Assembly: GCA_039815185.1 (NCBI GenBank)
Contig: JBCBZT010000100.1
Span: forward strand, 1-12,492
Reading direction: 5' to 3'
DNA length: 12,492 nt
Origin: Cyanobacteria bacterium P01_A01_bin.123
Lineage (GTDB): Bacteria; Cyanobacteriota; Cyanobacteriia; Phormidesmidales; Phormidesmidaceae
Every line of letters starts with the position of its first letter. Position 1 is the first letter of the stretch. The notes under the pieces are model-generated. The model worked only from the letters and a program-made list of their open reading frames with translations. It searched no databases and was not told the DNA's origin. Made by a program: the position numbers and the translations under genes. This document shows positions 1 through 7,828 of this stretch, piece by piece.

Positions 1-1
1 C

Positions 2-712
2 AATCGCAAACTGGCAGAAACCCTCGTAAAGCATCAAACCCGCTCTATCACCATCGCCGTAGAAAGCGGGTCTGAGCAAGTACGGCGCATCGTTAATAAA
101 AAGCTGACGAATGACGAAATTATCGAAGCCGCTGTTCAAGCCAAAGCGGGAGGCTTGAGTGCTTTAAAGCTCTACGGCATGGCGGGCATTCCAGGAGAAT
201 CCATGGATGACCTGGCCCAAACTGCCGAGATGATGTTGGCGATTAAGAAGGCAGCACCAGGATTACGGCTGACGCTGGGATGTAGCACGTTCGTGCCCAA
301 GTCCCACACGCCGTTTCAGTGGTTTGGCGTCAATTCAGCCGCCGAGAAACGACTGAAGTATTTGCAAAAACAGCTGCGATCGCGCGGCATAGATTTTCGC
401 CCAGAAAGCTACAACTGGTCCGTGATTCAAGCCTTGATCTCTCGGGGCGATCGCCGCCTATCCCACTTACTCGAACGCGTCCGCCACTATGGCGACAGCC
501 TTGGCAGCTACCGCCGCGCCTTCAAAGATATGCGCGGCCAACTGCCCCCCCTAGACTTTTACGTCCATCAATCCTGGCCTACCGATCAACCCCTCCCATG
601 GGATCATCTTGCTGGGCCACTCCCCAAAGCTACTCTGGCGAAACATCTCGCCAGCGCTTTTGAGGGTGTTACCGACATCGAACAACCCACGCCGCCTCTC
701 GTACAGGTCTAG
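2..712 (+). CDS. Radical SAM protein (likely B12-binding radical SAM family), 5'-truncated by the window edge
   Basis: Frame is open from base 2 (NRKLAETLVKHQTRSITIAVESGSEQVRRIVNKKL...), so the ORF-track start at 155 is internal. The motifs 'AVESGSE..R..NK', 'LKLYGMAGIPGE', 'STFVPKSHTPFQW' and 'LPWDHL' fit the C-terminal half of radical SAM barrels. The CxxxCxxC motif and any B12 domain lie outside the window. Confidence 0.8.
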   Translation, partial: NRKLAETLVKHQTRSITIAVESGSEQVRRIVNKKLTNDEIIEAAVQAKAGGLSALKLYGMAGIPGESMDDLAQTAEMMLAIKKAAPGLRLTLGCSTFVPKSHTPFQWFGVNSAAEKRLKYLQKQLRSRGIDFRPESYNWSVIQALISRGDRRLSHLLERVRHYGDSLGSYRRAFKDMRGQLPPLDFYVHQSWPTDQPLPWDHLAGPLPKATLAKHLASAFEGVTDIEQPTPPLVQV

Positions 713-836
713 GTTGTCGGTGTTACAAAGTACGATGTTATATCCAAGCTGTTGTGGTTTTAAGGGAGTATTTTTTAGGGTTAATCGTCAATCGGGCACT
801 GGTGATGGTTGAGTAGATAGGATTTACGGTCATATC

Positions 837-869
837 CTCCCCCCTGCTCCCCCGCTCCCCCGCTCCCTG
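837..869. repeat. Short C-rich tandem repeat (CTCCCCCG-like units, ~4 copies)
   Basis: CTCCCCCCTG-CTCCCCCG-CTCCCCCG-CTCCCTG just upstream of menA; resembles cyanobacterial STRR-type intergenic repeats. Confidence 0.8.
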
Positions 870-910
870 ACTTGCCACCTCTCCCTTTAATTCACCGCCA
901 CCCTACCACC

Positions 911-1816
911 ATGACCACTCAATCTCTCCCTGCTGCTCCTAAAAAGCTATGGCTGGCTGCGATCAAACCGCCAATGTACAGCGTGGCGATAATGCCGATT
1001 TGCGTGGGGACTGCGGTGGCTTGGGCAGAAACTCAAACCTTTCGTTGGGGGGTGTTTCTAACGTTTTTGCTGTCGGCGATTTTGATTTTGGCTTGGGAAA
1101 ATTTGTCTAACGATGTGTTTGATTCAGACACGGGCATTGATGTGAATAAGCACCATTCTTTGGTTAACCTGACCCGTAACCGGACACTGATTTTTTGGCT
1201 GGGTAATCTGTGTTTAGCGCTGGGGATTGGGGGCATTTTGGCGATCGCGTGGGGGCAGCAAAATCCCACGGTGCTAATCCTGATCGCCCTATGTTGTGTC
1301 TTAGGCTATCTTTACCAAGGACCACCGTTCCGGCTGGGTTATCAAGGGCTGGGGGAATTTTTGTGTTTCTTTGCCTTTGGTCCCTTAGGGGTGAGTGCAG
1401 CCTACTATAGCCAAACGCAAACTTGGTCAGCGGCAAACTTAGCGGCGTCGGTGATTGTGGGGGTGACAACCACCCTGGTGCTGTTTTGCTCCCACTTTCA
1501 TCAAGTGGAGGATGATTTGGCTGCAGGCAAGCGATCGCCGATTGTGCGCCTGGGCACCAAACGCGGGGCACAGATTTTGCCTTGGGCCTGTGGCAGCGTG
1601 TTTGCCATCACCGTGTTGTTTTTGGTACTCAATCGGTTCCCGATTTGGACGCTGCTGATTTTTGCCAGTTTGCCGCCAGCGGTGAGGCTGTGCCAGCATG
1701 TCAATCGCTTCCACGATGTACCCGAGAAGGTCAGTAATTCTAAATTTGTGGCGATCGCGTTCCATTTTTGGAGCGGCGTGTTGCTGTGTTTGGGGTTCTT
1801 GCTGCCTGCGTTGTAG
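911..1816 (+). CDS. menA: 2-carboxy-1,4-naphthoquinone phytyltransferase (DHNA phytyltransferase)
   Basis: UbiA-family membrane protein with 'WLAAIKPPMYSVA', 'NLSNDVFDSDTGIDVNK', 'YQGPPFRLGYQGLGE' and 'SHFHQVEDDLAAGKRSPIVRLG'. ATG at 911 is preferred over TTG 872. Adjacent to menC. Confidence 0.93.
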   Translation: MTTQSLPAAPKKLWLAAIKPPMYSVAIMPICVGTAVAWAETQTFRWGVFLTFLLSAILILAWENLSNDVFDSDTGIDVNKHHSLVNLTRNRTLIFWLGNLCLALGIGGILAIAWGQQNPTVLILIALCCVLGYLYQGPPFRLGYQGLGEFLCFFAFGPLGVSAAYYSQTQTWSAANLAASVIVGVTTTLVLFCSHFHQVEDDLAAGKRSPIVRLGTKRGAQILPWACGSVFAITVLFLVLNRFPIWTLLIFASLPPAVRLCQHVNRFHDVPEKVSNSKFVAIAFHFWSGVLLCLGFLLPAL

Positions 1817-1855
1817 GGAAGATGGGGAGATGGGGAAGATGGGGAGATAGGGAGA
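1816..1855. repeat. Short G-rich tandem repeat (GGGGAGAT/GGGGAAGAT units, ~5 copies)
   Basis: GGGAAGAT-GGGGAGAT-GGGGAAGAT-GGGGAGAT-AGGGAGA starting at the last base of the menA stop codon. Confidence 0.8.
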
Positions 1856-1862
1856 GCAGACA

Positions 1863-1930
1863 CCGTAGGGGTGGGTTTTAGCCAATAGGAATTAGATACC
1901 TCACAAAATGGACTTTAAAACCCGGCTAGG
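1863..1930. repeat. Degenerate GTAG-type REP-like inverted repeat spanning the menC start
   Basis: Left arm CCGTAGGGGTGGGTTTTAG (1863-1881). TGGGTTTTA (1872-1880) pairs with TAAAACCCG (1916-1924); the outer right arm is decayed (GGCTAGG). Confidence 0.5.
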
Positions 1931-2909
1931 GTTTGATTATCAGGTTTATCACCGTCCGTTCAAACGCCCGCTGCACACTCACCATGGCCTATGGCGCAAA
2001 CGCAGTGGCGTGATTGTGCGGTTGCAGACTGATCAAGGCATTGCAGGCTTTGGCGAAATTGCGCCCCTGCCTTGGTTCGGCACAGAAACGCTAGAAGAGG
2101 CGATCGCGCTTTGTCAATCTCTCAGTCCCGTTTGTACCCCCGACCAGATCAACCCAATTTCTGCGCGTTATCCAGCGACGCAGTTTGGGCTTAGCAGTGC
2201 ACTCTGGCAGTTGGGAACGGCCTGCAACTTTGTAGACTTGCCCTCTCAGGACTGTTGCGCCCTTTTACCCACGGGAAATGCTGCTCAAAATGCGTGGGAA
2301 CCCTTGTGGCATGCGGGTCATCGCACGTTTAAATGGAAAATTGCGACGTCCCCGATGGATCAGGAACTTGCCGATTTCGAACGACTAGCCACGGCATTAC
2401 CCCCTGGGGCAACGTTACGGCTTGATGCCAACGGCGGGTTAACAAAGGCACAAGCCCAGCGCTGGTTGACCCACTGTGATTTGATCCCTCAGGGCAGGCC
2501 AGATTGCGTCGAGGTTGAATTTTTAGAACAGCCGTTACCGCCCACAGAATTTTCCGCGTTGCAGTGGCTAAGTCAGCAATATCGCACGCCCATTGCCCTA
2601 GATGAGTCGGTCGCCACACTATCTGCTATCCAAACTGCTTTGGATCAGGGCTGGGCCGGACTGTTGGTGGTGAAACCTGCGATCGCAGGGTTTTTCCCGC
2701 AGCTTTTAGCAGCTTGCCGACCCCATCGCGATCGGATCGTGATTTCCTCTGTGTTTGAAACTGCCGTGGGTCGGCAAGCGGTACTGGCCTTTGCCCAAGC
2801 GCTTTACGGTAATATGCCCCCATTTGCGTTGGGGCTGGGGACAGACCAATGGTTTGCTGCCGATGGGTTACACCAACCGCCGTTTGAGATTTTATGGAAT
2901 CGCCTGTGA
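1908..2909 (+). CDS. menC: o-succinylbenzoate synthase (enolase superfamily)
   Basis: 'GFGEIAPLPWFGTETL', catalytic KxK in 'TFKWKI', metal ligands in 'LRLDANGG', 'EFLEQP' and 'IALDESV', plus 'VVKPAIAG' and 'SSVFET'. Follows menA. Confidence 0.92.
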   Translation: MDFKTRLGFDYQVYHRPFKRPLHTHHGLWRKRSGVIVRLQTDQGIAGFGEIAPLPWFGTETLEEAIALCQSLSPVCTPDQINPISARYPATQFGLSSALWQLGTACNFVDLPSQDCCALLPTGNAAQNAWEPLWHAGHRTFKWKIATSPMDQELADFERLATALPPGATLRLDANGGLTKAQAQRWLTHCDLIPQGRPDCVEVEFLEQPLPPTEFSALQWLSQQYRTPIALDESVATLSAIQTALDQGWAGLLVVKPAIAGFFPQLLAACRPHRDRIVISSVFETAVGRQAVLAFAQALYGNMPPFALGLGTDQWFAADGLHQPPFEILWNRL

Positions 2910-2988
2910 TCGCTTGTGGACACAGTATCTTGGTGATCCTTGGTACATAAGGAATCTGGACAGCGCGATATACCGCGTCCCTACCTAG
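2894..2988 (+). pseudogene. Possible 5' relic of menE (OSB-CoA ligase), frameshifted and truncated
   Basis: ATG at 2894 overlaps the end of menC. It reads MESP, then after a 1-nt shift DRLWTQYLGDPWYIRNLDS, and runs into a REP-like element. The call rests on position and my recollection of MenE N-termini, not on an alignment. Confidence 0.35.
2958..2984 (-). repeat. Imperfect GTAG-type REP-like palindrome
   Basis: Minus strand reads GTAG-GGACGCG-GTATAT-CGCG(CTG)TCC. Confidence 0.6.
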
Positions 2989-3000
2989 TCCATTGTTTTT

Positions 3001-3038
3001 CCTTCGTAGGGGCGAGGGGCCTCTCGCCCCTACGAAGG
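3001..3038. repeat. GTAG-type REP-like palindrome with perfect 16-bp arms
   Basis: CCTTCGTAGGGGCGAG-GGGCCT-CTCGCCCCTACGAAGG, with GTAG...CTAC in the arms. Confidence 0.88.
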
Positions 3039-3113
3039 TTGCCAAATCGGATCGGGTTTAAGATCGAGGACAAGGACGTTAACCCCCATCCGACTATTCA
3101 ACTTCTGGCGACA

Positions 3114-5201
3114 ATGGATCGGTTCATCAATCAAATCTTGCACAATCGCTACTGCGTTGAGTCTTTGCTCGGTCGCCAAACCGGGCAGCGAACATTTTTA
3201 GCGCGTGATGTCCAAACCCAATCGCCCGTGGTCGTCAAATTACGCTTGTTTGGCCCAGATTTTACCTGGGACGAGCTCAAGTTGTTCGAACGGGAGGCCG
3301 AAACGCTCAAGACGCTCGAACATCCCTGCATTCCGCAGTACCTTGACTCGTTTGAACTTGACACCCCATTGGGTCAGGGGTTTGCGCTGGTGCAAAGTTA
3401 TATCAAGGCGCGATCGCTCCACGATTGGATACAGGCTGGGCGTACTTTCAGCGAAACAGAGCTGAGGGTGATTGCGACCGACTTACTGGAAATTTTGGAC
3501 TATCTCCATACCCGTCAACCACCGGTCATCCATCGAGATATCAAACCCAGCAATATTTTGCTGGGCAACAATCGCAGCGGCAACAGTCCAGGGCAGGTCT
3601 ATCTGGTTGATTTTGGTTCAGTCCAAACAACAGCCCAGGGGGGAACGATTACGGTCGTTGGGACCTATGGGTACATGCCCCCCGAACAGTTTGGCGGCAG
3701 AACAACGGTTGCGTCAGACCTGTATAGCTTGGGAGCAACCCTGATTCATTTACTGATTAGAACCCATCCAGCCGATTTGCCAATGCGCAATGGGCGCATG
3801 CGATTTGAAGCTGAGCAATTCGTCAGTGAGCAGTTCCAAACTTGGCTGCAGCGATTGATCCAACCCGATTTAGACAAACGCTTTAGCACCACCCAATTAG
3901 CGTTAAAGGGTTTGCAAAGTGACCTTTCAACCCTACAGGCTACTCAATCTGCCCGCCTAAAACCCAAAGGGAGTCGAGTCGAACTGACTAAAACTGATGA
4001 TCGATTGCAAATTTTGATTCCACCGCTTCGGATCCGTCAAAAGCTTCGAGTTATTTACTCAGGTTTAGGGCTAACCATTTTCTGCTGTATGCCTTTCCTC
4101 TTGGTTCTTTGGAAAGTTGAGGCTTTAATACTGGTTATCCCCTTTGTGGTCTGGATGGTTGCAGCAACGTGGATCAACTATCTCTATAAAATCTTTGAGA
4201 TAACCTATTTATCGATTGATCAAAGCAAGATTCGCTTAGTTCGTAATTGGTTTGGGATTAAACGCAGCCACTCATCACCGATTCAAGATGTCATTAAGAT
4301 TGAGCGACTAAGCTATAGGGAGCAGTTCGATACAGTTGAGTATCGTGGAGAATTAAAAGCCTTATATTCTGGATTGACCATCTGGGTAGGCAATCAATGC
4401 TTTTCACTAGAAAAAGTGAATGCAGTTGGGGGAGTCCATCGATTGACTGGGGTAGAACTAGACTGGCTAGCCTTTGAATTAAGTGATTGGCTAGATTTGC
4501 CTGTTCAAAGATTGGGTGAGACGACTGGTCAAGTTAATCCAAATCAGCTCTCTGGCAATACAGAAAATCAAACTTTAAACGATGTTGATTCCCAGGTCAT
4601 TTCGGCGGATAACCTAAATCCGGTTGGGGGTTTTTCTAAAATTAGTCGACCCGCCCATACAAAATGTACGCTAGCTAAAAACGCTGAAACAGTTGAGATA
4701 TCTGCCCCTGCTAGTATGAGCTTCGGATGGGTAACGGCAACCTGCTTAACTGGTGCACTCTGTATTTTTATTTTGATTGGCGGCGCAACAATCAGTCTGT
4801 CAATGGCAATCATTTTGGGCAGTGTTCCTGTTGTGGCGTGGATGATCTGTGCTTATATCAATCGCCGTCGTGAAAATACAGAAGTTGTCCTGCGTATCGA
4901 TCAACAAAATATTTCTCTTTATGAGCAACCTGAGATCGGGCAGAAGCAATGCTTTAATCAGGCAGAACGTGGTTCAATCTACAAGCTTCAGCTAGTCTAT
5001 AAAGTCCACAAAAAATATGGGCAAAGCTGTCATGTCAAAATTCACACGGGAGATCCAACTCAGGTTTCCGGAGACTACTTTTTGATTGGCAATCGAACGT
5101 TTTGGTTATCCCGAAGGGAAGCTGAGTGGTTGGCAAATGAATTGAGCGTTTGGTTGAAGTTGCCCGTCACAGAAGTTGAGGTTGTTGAGAGCGAGATTTA
5201 A
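3114..5201 (+). CDS. Hanks-type (Pkn2-like) Ser/Thr protein kinase with a duplicated membrane-associated C-terminal module
   Basis: VVVK, 'LFEREAETLKTLEHPCIPQY', HRDIKPSN, DFG, GTYGYMPPE and SDLYSLG motifs; two hydrophobic hairpins in the C-terminus. ATG 3114 (MDRFINQILHNRY) is preferred because the longer start at 2940 reads through REP palindromes. Confidence 0.92.
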   Translation: MDRFINQILHNRYCVESLLGRQTGQRTFLARDVQTQSPVVVKLRLFGPDFTWDELKLFEREAETLKTLEHPCIPQYLDSFELDTPLGQGFALVQSYIKARSLHDWIQAGRTFSETELRVIATDLLEILDYLHTRQPPVIHRDIKPSNILLGNNRSGNSPGQVYLVDFGSVQTTAQGGTITVVGTYGYMPPEQFGGRTTVASDLYSLGATLIHLLIRTHPADLPMRNGRMRFEAEQFVSEQFQTWLQRLIQPDLDKRFSTTQLALKGLQSDLSTLQATQSARLKPKGSRVELTKTDDRLQILIPPLRIRQKLRVIYSGLGLTIFCCMPFLLVLWKVEALILVIPFVVWMVAATWINYLYKIFEITYLSIDQSKIRLVRNWFGIKRSHSSPIQDVIKIERLSYREQFDTVEYRGELKALYSGLTIWVGNQCFSLEKVNAVGGVHRLTGVELDWLAFELSDWLDLPVQRLGETTGQVNPNQLSGNTENQTLNDVDSQVISADNLNPVGGFSKISRPAHTKCTLAKNAETVEISAPASMSFGWVTATCLTGALCIFILIGGATISLSMAIILGSVPVVAWMICAYINRRRENTEVVLRIDQQNISLYEQPEIGQKQCFNQAERGSIYKLQLVYKVHKKYGQSCHVKIHTGDPTQVSGDYFLIGNRTFWLSRREAEWLANELSVWLKLPVTEVEVVESEI

Positions 5202-5527
5202 GGATGATATGGACTGGGTCAGCTCAACGATTGCTCAGCGTCCAGGAGAAGAAGCGACTTCCTCACAGAATCTTTAATTTCGGGCAATGGATTCGATCTA
5301 GCATCGGGGTAGGGATAACGCTACGACTGCTACCAATTTTCGCGGATAGGACAACACATTCTGCACTGGGCGTAGCGGTACGCCCGAGACGGCTTTGATT
5401 TGCAGATTTATTGCCGTAGCCACAAAGCTTTGGGCGCTACGGTGAGCTAGATTGCTTGTGTGTTTAGCATCTCGGCGCATTAAGCAATCTGGCCAGCTCT
5501 ATATTTTGGAGATCTGGTGTAACCCCG

Positions 5528-6580
5528 ATGCCTAAATCAATATCAACGCTTTATATCTATACGCCGATTGTTGGCGCAGCCCTGCTCGCGTCGACGCTTG
5601 GCCATCCGGCTGATGCGAATGCTTTTACAGGCGATCCAATTTTTTCAGAAGTGAGCCAATATTCCACCACCATTGGCGATGATCCAACTGACATCTATTT
5701 CCCGATCGTTTCTGATCCGCTGGCATCCCTTCCCGTTGCGCTGATGTTTCAAGGCTCAATGGTGGACAAGGCTGACTACAGCAACTATGCCAGTATCGTG
5801 GCGAGCTATGGATTTGCAGTCGTTGTCCCCAACAATGAAAGAACCCTAGTTGGCCCTACTGGCCCAGTCACCGGGTTACTTGCTGAACAAGGCCAAGTTC
5901 AACAGGTTTTAGATTTCGTTGCTCTGGAAAACCAAACGCCAACATCCCCACTCAACAATCTGCTTGATCCGGATGCGTTGGGATTGCTGGGGCATTCTTT
6001 TGGTGGTGCAGTTGGCCTTGCCTCAGTGCAGGGTATCTGCATTTTTCCGTTTTGTACCGATAGCTATCGTGTACCGGCGGCGCTCAAAGCCGGGATTTTC
6101 TATGGCACAAGTTTTGATCTGGATCCTGGCCCTGGGGTGAGCGTTCCCCCCATCAATAATGTGGTGCCGACGGGTTACATCCTCGGTAACCGGGAAGGGG
6201 TGGTTGACCTGCCAGTCGCGGTAGAGACCTTTCAGCAAACGCTGAACCCACCTAAGGTATTGGTTGAGGTAGACGGCGCAAATCACTATGGGATTACTAA
6301 TGAAGATAGCTTTAGAGATCCCGTTAGACCGACGCTAGATCAGGCGATCGCGACAGAAACCATTGGCCGCTGGAGTGGGCTATTCTTGCGGGCCCATGTG
6401 CTGGATGATCAAGATGCGTTTGATTACGTTTATAACTTTGGCGACGCGCTAGACCCAGTGGTGACCACTCAAAGCGTCGAAGCCGTGAAGACGCCTGAAC
6501 CGTCTGCGGCTGTTGGGGGAGTGGTGCTGGTGGCGGCTTTAGCCGGACGGCGTTTGCTCAAAAGGCGAGGAGGAGAATAA
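5528..6580 (+). CDS. Secreted alpha/beta hydrolase (chlorophyllase/cutinase-like) with a PEP-CTERM-like sorting signal
   Basis: Signal peptide ending ADANA; 'YSNYASIVASYGFAVVVPN'; nucleophile elbow GHSFGG; His in GANHYG; C-terminal TPEPS followed by a hydrophobic helix and RRLLKRR. Confidence 0.85.
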   Translation: MPKSISTLYIYTPIVGAALLASTLGHPADANAFTGDPIFSEVSQYSTTIGDDPTDIYFPIVSDPLASLPVALMFQGSMVDKADYSNYASIVASYGFAVVVPNNERTLVGPTGPVTGLLAEQGQVQQVLDFVALENQTPTSPLNNLLDPDALGLLGHSFGGAVGLASVQGICIFPFCTDSYRVPAALKAGIFYGTSFDLDPGPGVSVPPINNVVPTGYILGNREGVVDLPVAVETFQQTLNPPKVLVEVDGANHYGITNEDSFRDPVRPTLDQAIATETIGRWSGLFLRAHVLDDQDAFDYVYNFGDALDPVVTTQSVEAVKTPEPSAAVGGVVLVAALAGRRLLKRRGGE

Positions 6581-6590
6581 AAGCAACTTG

Positions 6591-6629
6591 AAATTTCAGC
6601 GCGGACGGGCCTAAATGTGGCTGAAGTTT
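6591..6629. terminator. Possible stem-loop between convergent genes
   Basis: AAATTTCAGC...GCTGAAGTTT forms a 10-bp stem with one T-G pair, but the loop is long and there is no strong U-tract. Confidence 0.3.
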
Positions 6630-7629
6630 AAGTGAGGGGGTCAGCGGGTCTTACAAATGCCTCAGGTAAGCTGATGTGAATGGTTATCGCTTGTCCGTCC
6701 TGGCTTGTCGGCAGGGTTGGCCTAGCGGTTCCTGGCATACTGCTGGCTAAGCTGCCTAGAACCTGTCTAGCTTGGAGCTGGGCTAGGCAGGTTAGGATAT
6801 TGCGATCGCGGCTTTGTGTGGGTTCCATTCCCGGATAAAACTGATTGCGGCAGGCATCCGAGTGAGACAAATGGGTCACTGCCCCCGCCGTGATGATCGA
6901 AAATCCGAGCAACTCGGCCCGCATTAACAAATCTTGGTCTTCCCAACCCCAGCCTCGAAAGCAGTCTTTATACCCTCCAAGTTTGAGCAACGTGTGGCGA
7001 CGGGCACAAATTAAACCGCATCCCGGACGTTGCGGATCGGATTGGGGGGGAACGGTTTCAAGCGCGATTGTCACCCGATTGGCTGCTCGATACAGCCGAT
7101 AGCGGTAGCAACTTCGACGCAGCGAGTCTGACTGGGGATTAGATTCTTGTACGGTTTGCACATAGGCAATACTATCTGGCTCAGCCTGCACGGCGGTCAG
7201 TAAGGCCTCAATAGCCGTTGCGGGCCACAAGATATCCGCATCAGAAACTAGCAAAAATTCAGCATTAGCCTGGGCGATACCGCGATTGATTAACGTGGCT
7301 TTATTAAACCCGGCGATCGCTTCCCAAGGCTGGCATAGCCCTTTTTGAGGCACTTTGCCACTGATCATTGGACTCGGTAAAACCTTTACCTTTGGCTGCC
7401 CTTTCAGACGCTCCAAGTCAGCCAATAGCTCAGCATCTGAGGAGCCCCCATCGCATAGCCAAATGGTATCAATCGCGCCTTTCAACGCCAATAACTGCGT
7501 CACACAAGACACCACCGTCCGCCGATCTTTCATTGGAATAATGACATCCACAGGCGAAATCTTCCCTGGAAACCACCCCTGACCGTAGCCGAGGATGTGA
7601 CCTGAATCAACACAGTAGTTGACATCCAT
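6628..7629 (-). CDS. Glycosyltransferase, GT-A fold (GT2 / Glyco_transf_7C-like)
   Basis: 'VDVIIP', 'DGGSSD', 'FNKATLINRG', DxD motif 'SDADI', and 'GGYKDCFRGWGWEDQDL'. Start is ATG 7629 or the adjacent GTG 7632. Confidence 0.85.
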   Translation of the reverse strand: MDVNYCVDSGHILGYGQGWFPGKISPVDVIIPMKDRRTVVSCVTQLLALKGAIDTIWLCDGGSSDAELLADLERLKGQPKVKVLPSPMISGKVPQKGLCQPWEAIAGFNKATLINRGIAQANAEFLLVSDADILWPATAIEALLTAVQAEPDSIAYVQTVQESNPQSDSLRRSCYRYRLYRAANRVTIALETVPPQSDPQRPGCGLICARRHTLLKLGGYKDCFRGWGWEDQDLLMRAELLGFSIITAGAVTHLSHSDACRNQFYPGMEPTQSRDRNILTCLAQLQARQVLGSLASSMPGTARPTLPTSQDGQAITIHISLPEAFVRPADPLT

Positions 7630-7828
7630 CACCCCCCACTAGCGATGGAATCACATCTGATCCGTTATTGCCATCACCCCCTGATTCGGTTCTATGGCTG
7701 ATGATAAGAACCATAAGGAGCGCGACGCACTGAGCGATCATAAAGTGCGCCGCCTATAAAACGCATAACAGATCCAATTCTCTAGCTTGAATTCCCTCTA
7801 GTCAGACGAACCTGCAACACACACGCTG

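Noticed and set aside
2940..3113. 58-aa N-terminal extension of the kinase in the ORF track
   Set aside because: It translates REP-like palindromes (FVGARGLSPLR, mirrored on the other strand as FVGARGPSPLR). The kinase domain begins right after ATG 3114.
3165..3200. Non-canonical glycine-rich loop (LGRQTGQRT), suggesting a pseudokinase
   Set aside because: The catalytic Lys, alphaC Glu, HRDIKPSN and DFG are all intact, and similar degenerate loops occur in cyanobacterial kinases of this type.
5204..5480. Small ORFs 5204-5398 (+), 5209-5277 (+, MDWVSSTIAQ...) and 5298-5480 (-)
   Set aside because: No recognisable domains. The two longer ORFs overlap the hairpins, and the faint likeness of DWVSSTIAQ to the kinase DWLA helix is too weak to support.
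7694..7759. 21-codon ORF MADDKNHKERDALSDHKVRRL as a small protein or leader peptide
   Set aside because: No RBS upstream of its ATG and no informative composition; cannot be supported from sequence alone.
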